From positions 1 to 34,696 of IMG/VR virus record IMGVR_UViG_3300037991_003957: a DNA stretch of 34,696 nucleotides. One strand, given 5' to 3'. Under the pieces are notes generated by a model. That model saw nothing but the letters and a program-made list of their open reading frames with translations. It had not been told where the DNA came from and ran no database searches. This document shows positions 25,027 to 34,520 of this stretch, piece after piece. Position 1 is the first letter of the stretch. Each line of letters opens with the position of its first letter. The position numbers were made by a program, and so were the translations under genes. This DNA comes from a virus (Duplodnaviria > Caudoviricetes).

Positions 25027-26493
25027 TTACGCTACAAACAATACAAAATTGTTAGCTGCTTGTACACATAGACATCTTTCAGAAAGATAATGAACTTCCA
25101 TAGCATCAAGAGATGAAGTATAAGCTCCACCAACTGAACCAGTAATCCATGATTTCATTCTTCTATCATCTGTTTCAGAAGCTCTATATCTTACATGTAA
25201 GAAAGGTCTTCTAATGTTAGAACCTAGCATTTGATCGTAAACAGTTGAAGTACCTGCAGGTATTAATACACCTTTAATATTATCAACCATACCACGAGTA
25301 GTAGCGTCGTTTAAGTATTTCCAGTCAGTTTTGTAGAAGTCATAAGAACCTCTTCTAAAACCAGAAAAACCAAAGTTAAGTGCCATTTCAGCTTCGTTGT
25401 CAAAAAGACCATAAGAAGCGGAAGCAGTGTTGTTATATCCACCACCAGCTTGAGCAGCAATCATGTCATCAAAATCTAAAGCAGTAGCTCTATCTAAGAA
25501 TAACATGTTTTCTTCAATAGCACCTTGTAAATCTAATTGAGATAAGATTTGATCAAAATCACCTAAAGCACCAGCGCCTGGGTTAGCAGCTCCTGCGAAA
25601 CCAGCGTATACGTTACCTCTTTCTTCAAGAGCAGCAAACATACCTTGAGTACCTCTTCCTGCGCTAGCATTAGCACCAGTTAAACCAGCCACACCAGAAC
25701 CTGTAGTAGCTAATTCACCTTCAACCATAGCCATTTCAAGATAATCTTCGTATCTTAATCTAGTTTCTGATTCAGCTTTCATGTACCATAAGAATCCAGA
25801 TGTTCCGTCTTCTGTAGCAACTTCAACCCAACCAATTTGAGCAGTGTCAGATCCATTTACTTCGTATTTATCTTTAATGATAATTGGTCTATTAGAAAAC
25901 TGAGTAAATGATGGAGTAACTGATCCATCCATTCCCAATGTTCCTTTAGCAAAATCAGAACCATAAACAAATAGTTTAAGGTTTGCGTTACCTAAAGCAC
26001 CAAAGTTAATCGCAGTATAACAAGCTCCATTAAAAGTAACTTGAGCAGGATTGTTTGGATTAGGTACAGCTGGATCTATAACTAAACCTTTTAATGTTAA
26101 TCCAGAAGCTGGATCAAAAACAACAAAAGTTTGGTTTTGTCTAACAACAACTTCATTACCAGCTGGTAAATTAACTGTAAATGTAGCACCAGTTGCAGTG
26201 TTTACTTTGCTTACGTTTTCGTAACCAATGTGTAGTCTATTTTGTTCAGACCAAATTACTTGATCGGATGTCATTGGCATTTCAGCGCCAACCATTCTTA
26301 AAAAACCTGATAATGTTCTATTACCAAATCTTTCTACTTCTTGTTCGTACAACTCAGGAAGATATTGTTGAGCAAAATCAGCAAAGTTTTCACCATTTCT
26401 ATCATTCCACTGTAGGTAGTTACTTGACAACACTGATTGATCTTGTGTTGGAGTAATACCCGCGTTTTGTACTGTAAAATTTCCTAAAGGCAT
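25027..26493 (-). CDS. Major capsid protein (HK97 fold)
   Basis: 488 aa after portal and scaffold, with FAQQYLPELYEQEVERFGNRT, WSEQNRLH, LNFGFSGFRRGSYDFYKTDWKYLND and a C-terminal LSERCLCVQAANNFVLF. Confidence 0.88.
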   Translation of the reverse strand: MPLGNFTVQNAGITPTQDQSVLSSNYLQWNDRNGENFADFAQQYLPELYEQEVERFGNRTLSGFLRMVGAEMPMTSDQVIWSEQNRLHIGYENVSKVNTATGATFTVNLPAGNEVVVRQNQTFVVFDPASGLTLKGLVIDPAVPNPNNPAQVTFNGACYTAINFGALGNANLKLFVYGSDFAKGTLGMDGSVTPSFTQFSNRPIIIKDKYEVNGSDTAQIGWVEVATEDGTSGFLWYMKAESETRLRYEDYLEMAMVEGELATTGSGVAGLTGANASAGRGTQGMFAALEERGNVYAGFAGAANPGAGALGDFDQILSQLDLQGAIEENMLFLDRATALDFDDMIAAQAGGGYNNTASASYGLFDNEAEMALNFGFSGFRRGSYDFYKTDWKYLNDATTRGMVDNIKGVLIPAGTSTVYDQMLGSNIRRPFLHVRYRASETDDRRMKSWITGSVGGAYTSSLDAMEVHYLSERCLCVQAANNFVLFVA

Positions 26494-26505
26494 AATTTTA
26501 AGTTT

Positions 26506-27684
26506 TTATTTTCGTTTTATTTTAAGTTTAGAACTATCCATACCACTAATTGCTTTTACTTTTAAACCATTTAAATATATATCTTCAGGTTGTCTTGTTT
26601 GTCTAACATCCTTATTAATATTTTTAGATTTAGCCACTACATCTTTTACAGCATCGGCTTTGCCTTGCTCGTAAAAATGCTGTGCAATAGTGTCTGCATT
26701 TCTAGCAGCATACATAGCTTTATGATAACCTTTAAAATCTACAACTTCTCCTTTTTCGTTTAAGAACTTCTTAACTATATTTGAAATGTCAGATTGGGCC
26801 TCAGCAACTTCTAAAGGATTTGAAACAGAATACCTAAACTTTTTTTCTCCTAAAGCGAAATCAAAACCTTTGAATTCTTCAGAGAATAGTTTGTTAGTTG
26901 AATTCTTAAAATCCTCGTGTTGTTTTTTAGCTACTTCCTGTTCTTTTTTATGACGGTTGAAAAACTCACTTGCTTTAGACATTTCATTGTTTACTGTAGG
27001 CCTCAACTTGATTTCTTCGTAATACTTTGACTTTAAATCTTCAAGAAAGTTTCTTGCTTTTGCAACCTCTTCTTTTTTTGCGAGTTTTTTACGACGCTGT
27101 TCTCGCTCTTCGTCGTAGTCTTCATCCACTTTAAAATTCTCTTCCATTATAAAATTAATTTCTTCAGAATCTAAATGTGGTTTAGTATTTTTATAATATT
27201 CTTTTAACAATACATCATCATCAACGTTAGAATAATCAGCATTTAATCTTACATAATCATTTAAATTTCCACCAGTTTCATTCATGAAATTTATTAATTT
27301 TTCAACATTTTCTGGTAAATTGTTTTTTGGTTCTTCTACTGTTTTAGTTTCTTCAACTTCTTCTGTGTTTGTTATTTCCTCTATGACAGGTGTTGAAGAT
27401 TCTTTTATTTCTTCTTTTTTTTCTTCTTTTACCTCTTTTTTTACTTCTTCGGCATCCCGTATTTCTTCAACCACTTTCGGGCTACTTGTCTCGTCTTTCT
27501 TTTCTTCGACAATAACATCGCTAGTGCTTGTCTCTTGTGTTTGAACGGCATCTTCTTGTTGTTTAAAGGTTATTTTTGGTGTTTCTTTTTTTTGATTAGT
27601 AAGTTTTTTAGGTTTTTTCTTTATTTTAAATTCACCTTCTTGCTTTACTTCTTCATTTTTTATTTCTTCTTTTTTTTCTTCCAT
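26506..27684 (-). CDS. Capsid scaffolding protein
   Basis: 392 aa with a highly Glu/Lys-rich disordered N-terminus and coiled coils, between portal and MCP; HFYEQGKADA motif. Confidence 0.7.
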   Translation of the reverse strand: MEEKKEEIKNEEVKQEGEFKIKKKPKKLTNQKKETPKITFKQQEDAVQTQETSTSDVIVEEKKDETSSPKVVEEIRDAEEVKKEVKEEKKEEIKESSTPVIEEITNTEEVEETKTVEEPKNNLPENVEKLINFMNETGGNLNDYVRLNADYSNVDDDVLLKEYYKNTKPHLDSEEINFIMEENFKVDEDYDEEREQRRKKLAKKEEVAKARNFLEDLKSKYYEEIKLRPTVNNEMSKASEFFNRHKKEQEVAKKQHEDFKNSTNKLFSEEFKGFDFALGEKKFRYSVSNPLEVAEAQSDISNIVKKFLNEKGEVVDFKGYHKAMYAARNADTIAQHFYEQGKADAVKDVVAKSKNINKDVRQTRQPEDIYLNGLKVKAISGMDSSKLKIKRK

Positions 27685-27716
27685 GATATGATATTATATA
27701 ATTAAACGGTAATTTA

Positions 27717-30146
27717 CTAAACTTGATTTTCTGGCATAGTATTTTCCGGTATTTGTGAAATAGCTTCTTCCGCTAATGGCTCACCATTTGGCTGTGTACT
27801 AAAATCAGTTGGTAATAAACCATCTTGTCTTTGTTGTATCATAGCGCTCTGTTGAGTAGCTTGTAGCTTTGTTCTTTGATCTTTTCTATCTTCTATAAAC
27901 TGCTCTCTAGTAGTTATTTCTTTTAAATCCATTTGCTTTAACTGCATGTCATATTGAAACTTTTGGCTCATTTCAGTTAGTTCATTTTGCAACTCAGCTT
28001 GCATTTGTTGTAATTTAAATTGAGATTTACCTTGCTCTATTTTAAGTTCAGTTTCAGCTATTGCTTCTCTTTTTTGAACTTCATACATTGCAGCTTTTTC
28101 TGCTGTTTCAGAATTTGCTTTAGCTTGAGCTTCAATCATTTTTTGTTGTTGTTGCTGATCTTCTCTTGCTTTTTGCTTGCGTTTTAGTTTTAATAACTGA
28201 TTAGCTAATTTTAAATTATTAACTTGTCTTATATCAATAGCGTCTTCTAAGTTAATTTGACCTGCTTTTAATGCTATTTGTATATTTTGCTCTAAAACTT
28301 GTTTTTCTTCTTCGTCTGGTTCTAATTCTAAAAATATACCAAAATCATATAAATGTAGCTCTTTCATTTCTTGTAATGTAGCTACATTATATAAACTTAT
28401 ACTGTTGACTAACGCTTCATTAGTTAGTTCATATTCTAAAGAATCTGCTATACGTAAAGATATGTTTTCACAAGCTCTAAGAGTAAGGTATAAACCAGCA
28501 TCTAATATGTGTCGAGTAGCAACATTTGATTGAGCTACCGCTAATTTTTGTAAACCTAATAATGCGTCTTTATCTGGATTACTACCATCTCTAGCTTCAT
28601 TTAACCCCGTTACATCTCTTATCATTTGTAAGTAATATTGATACGTCTGAATAAGACTTTGTATTTTGGCCATGCCATTATTACTATTAAGCTCTTGGAT
28701 AGGTATTTTACCTGGATTGATGTCGCCATCTTGTGTCATAGAACGACCTACAATAGAACCAGTTTGAAAATACATATTTAAAGCTTCTTTAGGATTGTAA
28801 CTTGTTCCACTACCTAAATCAACCTCTGCTAAACCATCTACATCTAAATACACACCATCTGGTACTATGCGAGATAAAACCTGCTGTAGCTTTAACGATG
28901 TTAATTGTATCATGTCAGCAAAAGTAATCATTCTTTCTACTAAAGATGTTATTCTACCTTTGTAAATATCAGGAGCACAAATGACATAATTCATATTAAC
29001 CTTGCTTAAGTTAGACTTAGGTCGGGTCATATTTTCTGCCACTTTCCATTGTAGCATTATAGGGTGTCCTAATATTTTTGCACCATGATACAATACTTCT
29101 ATTGATCTACTAACTCTTTCAAAGCCGTCGTTTGGAGGTGGCGCGAAAGTATCAGGTTTTTCTAATGCTTTTTCTAATCCATTAGCAGTTTGTTTTATTT
29201 TAAACACTTGATCAGCGTATGTTTTGTATTCAAAATAAAGAACTTGAACAGTGTCATCATCTCTATTACCCCTGTAGTTTCTTCTATAATTAGTATTACC
29301 TGGAAATTTTTGAATTTCTTTTAACTCGTCGTCTGTTAAGTTTGGAAATTCTTTTTTTAACTCAGGTAAACTTATATTTTTTACTTCACCAACATAATAT
29401 ATATCTTCAAAGTTTGGATCATCAGTATATGAATAAACTAAATTAGCTGGGTCTACATAGTCTACTACAACACCATTAGCTTGATTCCAACTTGTTTTAA
29501 CGCAGCCTATACCAAGTTCAACTAAATCCTTATAAAATCTTCTTTTTGTTAATTCATACTTGTTTCTATCTAATGTGTTATTTATAGCTTCCTCTTCAGC
29601 TATTTCTATAGACTGCTTATAATCTAATTGTAAGTGTATTTCTAATTCCTCTTCGTTTTGTGGAACATTATCATTGTGATCAACTTCAGATATATCTAAA
29701 CCCATTTGAACCTTTACCTGGTTCATAAAATCTCTAGTTACAATATTTTTATGTAGTTTTGTTGCGTATGCTGTTCTCTTTTTTTGAGAGGCAGGATCTT
29801 GAGCGTATGCTTTAATATCATATATTTTTTCAGACATTCCATTAACAACTATATCCACAAACTTAGGTATAACTGGTACAGGTGTCCAATCTAAGTTTAA
29901 ATAAGATAAATCTCCATTTATAGACAATTCATCTTTATATTTTTGTATAGATTGTTCTCCTCGCGCGTATAACCTTCTTCTGTGAAATATATTATAGTTA
30001 TTAGAATATCTTGCTCCTCCAACGCCAGAAGCCCACCATTCACCTTCTATAGCTCTACCTACTGCTAAACCATAGTCAAGTGACATTTTCTCTTCTTGAG
30101 GTACTACCTGATCAGGAAATGAACTTTGAGAATTTGTGTAAATCAT
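27717..30146 (-). CDS. Portal protein
   Basis: 809 aa directly after TerL, with PVIPKFVDIVVNG, IRDVTGLNEARDG and a Gln-rich coiled-coil C-terminal barrel. Confidence 0.88.
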   Translation of the reverse strand: MIYTNSQSSFPDQVVPQEEKMSLDYGLAVGRAIEGEWWASGVGGARYSNNYNIFHRRRLYARGEQSIQKYKDELSINGDLSYLNLDWTPVPVIPKFVDIVVNGMSEKIYDIKAYAQDPASQKKRTAYATKLHKNIVTRDFMNQVKVQMGLDISEVDHNDNVPQNEEELEIHLQLDYKQSIEIAEEEAINNTLDRNKYELTKRRFYKDLVELGIGCVKTSWNQANGVVVDYVDPANLVYSYTDDPNFEDIYYVGEVKNISLPELKKEFPNLTDDELKEIQKFPGNTNYRRNYRGNRDDDTVQVLYFEYKTYADQVFKIKQTANGLEKALEKPDTFAPPPNDGFERVSRSIEVLYHGAKILGHPIMLQWKVAENMTRPKSNLSKVNMNYVICAPDIYKGRITSLVERMITFADMIQLTSLKLQQVLSRIVPDGVYLDVDGLAEVDLGSGTSYNPKEALNMYFQTGSIVGRSMTQDGDINPGKIPIQELNSNNGMAKIQSLIQTYQYYLQMIRDVTGLNEARDGSNPDKDALLGLQKLAVAQSNVATRHILDAGLYLTLRACENISLRIADSLEYELTNEALVNSISLYNVATLQEMKELHLYDFGIFLELEPDEEEKQVLEQNIQIALKAGQINLEDAIDIRQVNNLKLANQLLKLKRKQKAREDQQQQQKMIEAQAKANSETAEKAAMYEVQKREAIAETELKIEQGKSQFKLQQMQAELQNELTEMSQKFQYDMQLKQMDLKEITTREQFIEDRKDQRTKLQATQQSAMIQQRQDGLLPTDFSTQPNGEPLAEEAISQIPENTMPENQV

Positions 30147-30149
30147 TTA

Positions 30150-32372
30150 TTAAAGTATTTTTGAAAGTGATCCATCGTTATTATATTTTTTAAAACCTAA
30201 ATCAATTTTTTTAACTGTTCTTGAAGCTATTGGTTTATACTTGTTTTTATTGCAAGCCATTATAGCTAAACCAGAGCTGATAGATGCATCGTGTTTTGTT
30301 CTATTATTTATATCAAAGTGAGCCCAATCCTCTAAAGTATCTTGATGGTACATATCTCCGTATTTATCATTTCTAAAACCTACATAATTATCTATGTAAG
30401 CTTCTATAGCCGCTGCATGAGCTTGCTTAATATCTTCGCTAGAATTAGGTATTCCACCTATTTCTTTTTCAGTAACAGAAAGCTTATTCCAAACTTTGTC
30501 TGGCCTAGTCATACTAAAACCTCTATAACCTCTTCTTTTTAAATAGTATAATAATCTTGGTTTATTATTTTCTGCTAACAATGGCATGCCATAAAATATT
30601 AATGCCATTAAAACGTCTTCAAAAAATATTTCAGCTGTTTGTGGTCTTGAAATATATTCTAAAAAAAAGTGATTTGGTGGCGCATCTTCCATAGAGAATT
30701 TTGTTAATCCATGAAGTGATCCTTTAGAGCCGCGACCATCAACAGTACCGCTAATATCATAAGAATCACAACCAAATGCTCCAATGTGTTCGTTACCAGG
30801 TTTTTTAACTCCATTATGTATTATTACGTTATTTTGAAGTTTTTTAGGAGGTATCCACGAAATATTAAATCTACCACTATTGTTTGGCATAAAAATAACC
30901 TTAGTATCTGGAACTCCATCAACCCATTGAAAATTACCTTTAGTAACATTAGCTTTATTATTTAACTCTTCGTTGTAATCTATTTGTTCGTATATTTTAG
31001 TTAAATTAAACAAAGAAGCTTTTGTCTCATCTCTAAATGCATGTTTTTCAGTTCGTGGAAACTGTCTATAGTATTCATTTAAACTTTCTTGATCACTTTT
31101 TAATCCATCAACTTCGTTTTCCCAGTGTTCAATAACTCCAATTGTAATTTGGATACCATCGATTCCGATTTTTGGATTTTTTGGCGTAACGAATACAGGT
31201 AATCCAAAAGTATCCATGAATCCTTCGTAGTTCCATTCCATAGGGATGAAAAGAGAGTAGAGGCCAGAACTTGTTTGTCCATTTCTATTTCTTTTTGTAA
31301 CGTCTGAATTGTAGTAAAGTTTTTTGAAGTTGTTTCCACCTTTATCTAACGCGTTTGAAGTTGAGCCCATCATACACTTGCCTACTATTCTTCGGCCTAG
31401 TCTTAGTGTAGTTTTTGTAACTCTCCAGTTGTTTAATATATTGTCTGGTCGTTCCCATTTTCCTGATTCGTCGTGTGCTAATATTTTTAATTTCTCACCA
31501 TCGTAAGAGTTGTCCCCCGTGTTTTTCCAGTCTATAGTTGTATCAAGACCTTGTAATTCTTTTAGTTTTACGTTATCATCTAATTTTCGTCTAGTAAGCT
31601 TTGAAGCTGGGACTCTATACGCCAACTCGGTTTTAGGACGATCCATACCATCCTGGATGGGTTTAAAGAAAAACGGATAGTTAACGGATATTGGTACGAC
31701 TTTGTCGGTAAACATTTTTTTAGCATCTGCTCCAGTTTTAGATAAGATACCGAATCTAGCGTCAGACGATATTGTTGCCTGGTTGACCAATTCAGCTGAC
31801 GACATAAAGCTAAATCCACTCCGTCTGTTTTTAAGATAGCACATTCCATAGCACCTGTTGTCCGCTTTACAAGCTTCCCAGAATATAAAGAAGAGTCTAT
31901 TTGCCTCTCTGTAATCGGCTGCACCAACATCAATCTTTGACCATTGCAAATACATGTAGTGAGTCCCAGTAATATAAGTAGGGTTACCGTTGTTATAAAA
32001 CCAGTAACCTTCTTCTCTTTTTCTAAACTCATTATCTATATAATCATACCATTTTTCCTTAAAATCTGTAGGATGTTCTTCCCAATCAAATCTAGTTTTT
32101 ATTCTACTTAAAGCTTTTGGGTATTCTTGTTTTTCCCAGTACTGTTCCTTTTTAACTTCGCTTCGTTTAAAAGGTTGGTCTTCTGCCGGTAATGCAATAC
32201 GAAGGTTTTGTATTTCAATGATCTGTCCAATTTGACCTGTTTTACTAATAACTACAAAGTCATAATCCGCATTATAACCATACTCCCATTTTTTATACCT
32301 ATTATGCTTTTTAAGTATTTTAGGATTAACTATATTATTTAACTCTTTCCACAGTGTTTGACTATAACTCAC
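30150..32372 (-). CDS. terL: Terminase large subunit
   Basis: Walker A-like KNRRSGFS, Walker B ILAHDESGK, coupling motif GSTSN, and RNase H-like nuclease motifs GCDSYD and HDASISSGLA. Confidence 0.92.
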   Translation of the reverse strand: MSYSQTLWKELNNIVNPKILKKHNRYKKWEYGYNADYDFVVISKTGQIGQIIEIQNLRIALPAEDQPFKRSEVKKEQYWEKQEYPKALSRIKTRFDWEEHPTDFKEKWYDYIDNEFRKREEGYWFYNNGNPTYITGTHYMYLQWSKIDVGAADYREANRLFFIFWEACKADNRCYGMCYLKNRRSGFSFMSSAELVNQATISSDARFGILSKTGADAKKMFTDKVVPISVNYPFFFKPIQDGMDRPKTELAYRVPASKLTRRKLDDNVKLKELQGLDTTIDWKNTGDNSYDGEKLKILAHDESGKWERPDNILNNWRVTKTTLRLGRRIVGKCMMGSTSNALDKGGNNFKKLYYNSDVTKRNRNGQTSSGLYSLFIPMEWNYEGFMDTFGLPVFVTPKNPKIGIDGIQITIGVIEHWENEVDGLKSDQESLNEYYRQFPRTEKHAFRDETKASLFNLTKIYEQIDYNEELNNKANVTKGNFQWVDGVPDTKVIFMPNNSGRFNISWIPPKKLQNNVIIHNGVKKPGNEHIGAFGCDSYDISGTVDGRGSKGSLHGLTKFSMEDAPPNHFFLEYISRPQTAEIFFEDVLMALIFYGMPLLAENNKPRLLYYLKRRGYRGFSMTRPDKVWNKLSVTEKEIGGIPNSSEDIKQAHAAAIEAYIDNYVGFRNDKYGDMYHQDTLEDWAHFDINNRTKHDASISSGLAIMACNKNKYKPIASRTVKKIDLGFKKYNNDGSLSKIL

Positions 32373-32644
32373 CTGCTCCTCCCTTCAGCAAAACCTTTAA
32401 AAGTTTTTTCTTCTTTTTCTTTTTTAGGTTTTTCACTTAACTTTTCCTCTTCTTCTTGTATTCTAGTAAGTATTTCAAAAGCGTCAAATATAGCTAATTT
32501 TTTTGTTGCAGCTGCGTTTTTTAATCTATCAGCTGTAACATCTTCACCTGTATCCACAATAGGTTCTTTAGCTACTTTTATTAATTCTTTAACTGCTAAC
32601 TGCCCAGCTTGTATTATATTCTTCTTCGTCTCCTTTATATTCAT
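32369..32644 (-). CDS. terS: Putative terminase small subunit
   Basis: 91-aa helical protein with a 4-nt overlap (ATGA) with terL. Confidence 0.55.
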   Translation of the reverse strand: MNIKETKKNIIQAGQLAVKELIKVAKEPIVDTGEDVTADRLKNAAATKKLAIFDAFEILTRIQEEEEKLSEKPKKEKEEKTFKGFAEGRSR

Positions 32645-33185
32645 GTTTTACTAGTATATCTTTTGATTTCATACAATATAATAATTCATTATCTATGACA
32701 AACTCCCATTGTCTTAGATCTGGAAAACTAACTAAATCCCCTTCAAATAAATTTAATGATTCTAGTTGTTCATTTCCATATTTTAATATACCTAGATTAG
32801 GAATTATTTTTTCTCCTAATTTTTTAGATTTTAAAGGTTTTATAAAACACCTGTTTAAAAAAGCTTTATTAACACCATTATTATATAAATAAATTTGATC
32901 TGGAGAGCAAAAATATAAATCTTCTTTAAAGTAAGATCTACTGTTTTGTTGTTTACCCTTCATATTATAAAATCTTCTAAAAACGTTATGGTGAATATAT
33001 ACTAAATCACCTTTATTAATAGGGAAATTATATGCTTTGGGAACACTAACTACAATAGCTTTTTTACTTATAATTTTAAATTGTTCTATTTTAGTATTTA
33101 AAATTAACTCTTTATCTCCAACTTTTTTTTTATTATTATATCTTTCTTCACATGGTTTAACTATATAGTCATATAAACTATTCAT
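32589..33185 (-). CDS. GroES-like co-chaperonin with apparently two tandem domains
   Basis: Two GroES-like patterns: YIVKP...IVVSVP...KGDLVYIH and CFIKP...GILKYG...EGDLVSF...FVIDNELLYCMKSKDIL. Confidence 0.55.
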   Translation of the reverse strand: MNSLYDYIVKPCEERYNNKKKVGDKELILNTKIEQFKIISKKAIVVSVPKAYNFPINKGDLVYIHHNVFRRFYNMKGKQQNSRSYFKEDLYFCSPDQIYLYNNGVNKAFLNRCFIKPLKSKKLGEKIIPNLGILKYGNEQLESLNLFEGDLVSFPDLRQWEFVIDNELLYCMKSKDILVKHEYKGDEEEYNTSWAVSS

Positions 33186-33411
33186 TATAACTTAAGTTAT
33201 ATTCTACAGCTATAGCCATATTACTATTAAATCTTTTCCATGGTAAAATTTCATCATCTTTTTTGATATAAATAGAATATTCACCACTAGCGTCATTATT
33301 TAGTATATCGCATATAGTGTGACCACCATAAACTTCTTGACCTACAGAATAATGCATAGCATCATTTTTATAATCAGAACCAATGCTTATTTTTCTAATC
33401 TTATTTGACAT
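33178..33411 (-). CDS. Hypothetical protein (77 aa)
   Basis: Likely start is ATG 33411 (MSNKIRKISIGSDYKNDAMHYSVGQEVYGGH), giving a short overlap with the upstream gene instead of the 44-nt overlap of the ORF-track start. Confidence 0.65.
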   Translation of the reverse strand: MSNKIRKISIGSDYKNDAMHYSVGQEVYGGHTICDILNNDASGEYSIYIKKDDEILPWKRFNSNMAIAVEYNLSYNE

Positions 33412-33676
33412 CTGTTGGTTCTTTTGCAATTTTAAGTTTATCAATATCTTCTTCTTTTATCTCAGTATATTCTCCAGTTTCAACATTAATGTTTATTTGA
33501 CCATATTCAGCTTCTAATACTGATTTAAAATCTTCTACAGTTTTATTGACTTCACCAAACTCATGTAGCAAACCATGTTTTTGAGCAGATACATAACCTA
33601 TTTGATTTAGTAGATCATTTAATTTTTTTTGTTGTTCTTGAATTGTTTTTAGATGTTCTTCTGATATTTTTTTCAT
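33401..33676 (-). CDS. Small coiled-coil hypothetical protein
   Basis: 91 aa with heptads and EYGQININVETGEY; A-rich start context. Confidence 0.65.
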   Translation of the reverse strand: MKKISEEHLKTIQEQQKKLNDLLNQIGYVSAQKHGLLHEFGEVNKTVEDFKSVLEAEYGQININVETGEYTEIKEEDIDKLKIAKEPTDVK

Positions 33677-33697
33677 TTGATTAAATTTAATTATTAT

Positions 33698-33742
33698 TTA
33701 TTTTTTATTTGGTATAGTGTTGGTATTTCCATTAACTGGCAT
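33698..33742 (-). CDS. Possible micro-ORF or gene remnant MPVNGNTNTIPNKK (14 aa)
   Basis: TAATG stop/start coupling with the upstream gene; fills most of the gap. Confidence 0.3.
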   Translation of the reverse strand: MPVNGNTNTIPNKK

Positions 33743-34515
33743 TAGAATAATACTAATATTTCAGCCTCTTCTACACCCAATTTTTCTTCCTCTTCATCAA
33801 CAGCATCGCAAATAGTTAAGCATAAAATAGGTAAAAATGTTCCAGCTGGTATGTTTGTGTAAGAAGCTTTATTACCACTTTCCATAATAACATCTAATTT
33901 CTTTAAAGCTTGTCCTATGTATAACGACGCTCCTGGATTGAAAGTTGCGTGTTCGCATTTAGTTTCTCCTTCTTCTGCTTCTGGATCACAAACCCATTTT
34001 ACAATTTTCTTTTGCATTAATGATGAAGGATTAGCTTCGTAACCTACCACCCCACTAAGATCCTCAACTTGTTTCTCAGTTAAAATTCTATTTTCCATTG
34101 GACTAAAAGGACATCCATAATTCCACTCACTGAAACTTACAGCATCTACTTGCACAAAACCTGTTGAATTAGTACCAGCAGTATATGTTGAAGACTCTTC
34201 CCATATAACAGTTAATATATCACCTACGCTATACATCGTTCCTGTTCCGCAACCATCTTCACATAGATCTACTGTAAGTATTTCTCCAGATGCACCTGTT
34301 GTTACTACCTGTACTGTAGCGCCATAACCTCCAGTTGTCTCGTTATATGTTCTATAACATTTACCGTTTTCAAATCCAGTTCCAGGATCTCCTTGCCCTG
34401 TAAGTACGTCAAAACCTTTTGCACCGGCATACATACAGCCAGGTAAATCTTTCAATTGCACAGCGTCGTGAGCAAATACTCTTGGTTGTTTTAGTGTTGT
34501 TCCTATTACACTCAT
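33742..34515 (-). CDS. Hypothetical Gly/Thr/Cys-rich protein, probably virion-associated
   Basis: 257 aa, beta-rich, with DPGTGF, GTMYSVGDILTV and IPAGTFLPI motifs. Confidence 0.6.
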   Translation of the reverse strand: MSVIGTTLKQPRVFAHDAVQLKDLPGCMYAGAKGFDVLTGQGDPGTGFENGKCYRTYNETTGGYGATVQVVTTGASGEILTVDLCEDGCGTGTMYSVGDILTVIWEESSTYTAGTNSTGFVQVDAVSFSEWNYGCPFSPMENRILTEKQVEDLSGVVGYEANPSSLMQKKIVKWVCDPEAEEGETKCEHATFNPGASLYIGQALKKLDVIMESGNKASYTNIPAGTFLPILCLTICDAVDEEEEKLGVEEAEILVLF

Positions 34516-34520
34516 AATTT

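Noticed and set aside
25001-25029. Read-through or frameshift fusion of the MCP with the 185-aa gene
   Set aside because: The spacer is 26 nt, the downstream gene has its own AATTATG start, and no clear slippery heptamer precedes the MCP stop.
13489-32892. Other short plus-strand ORFs (13489, 15987, 16234, 16952, 26193, 27284, 30342, 31324, 32358, 32695)
   Set aside because: All lie antisense within well-supported structural genes and lack protein-like motifs.
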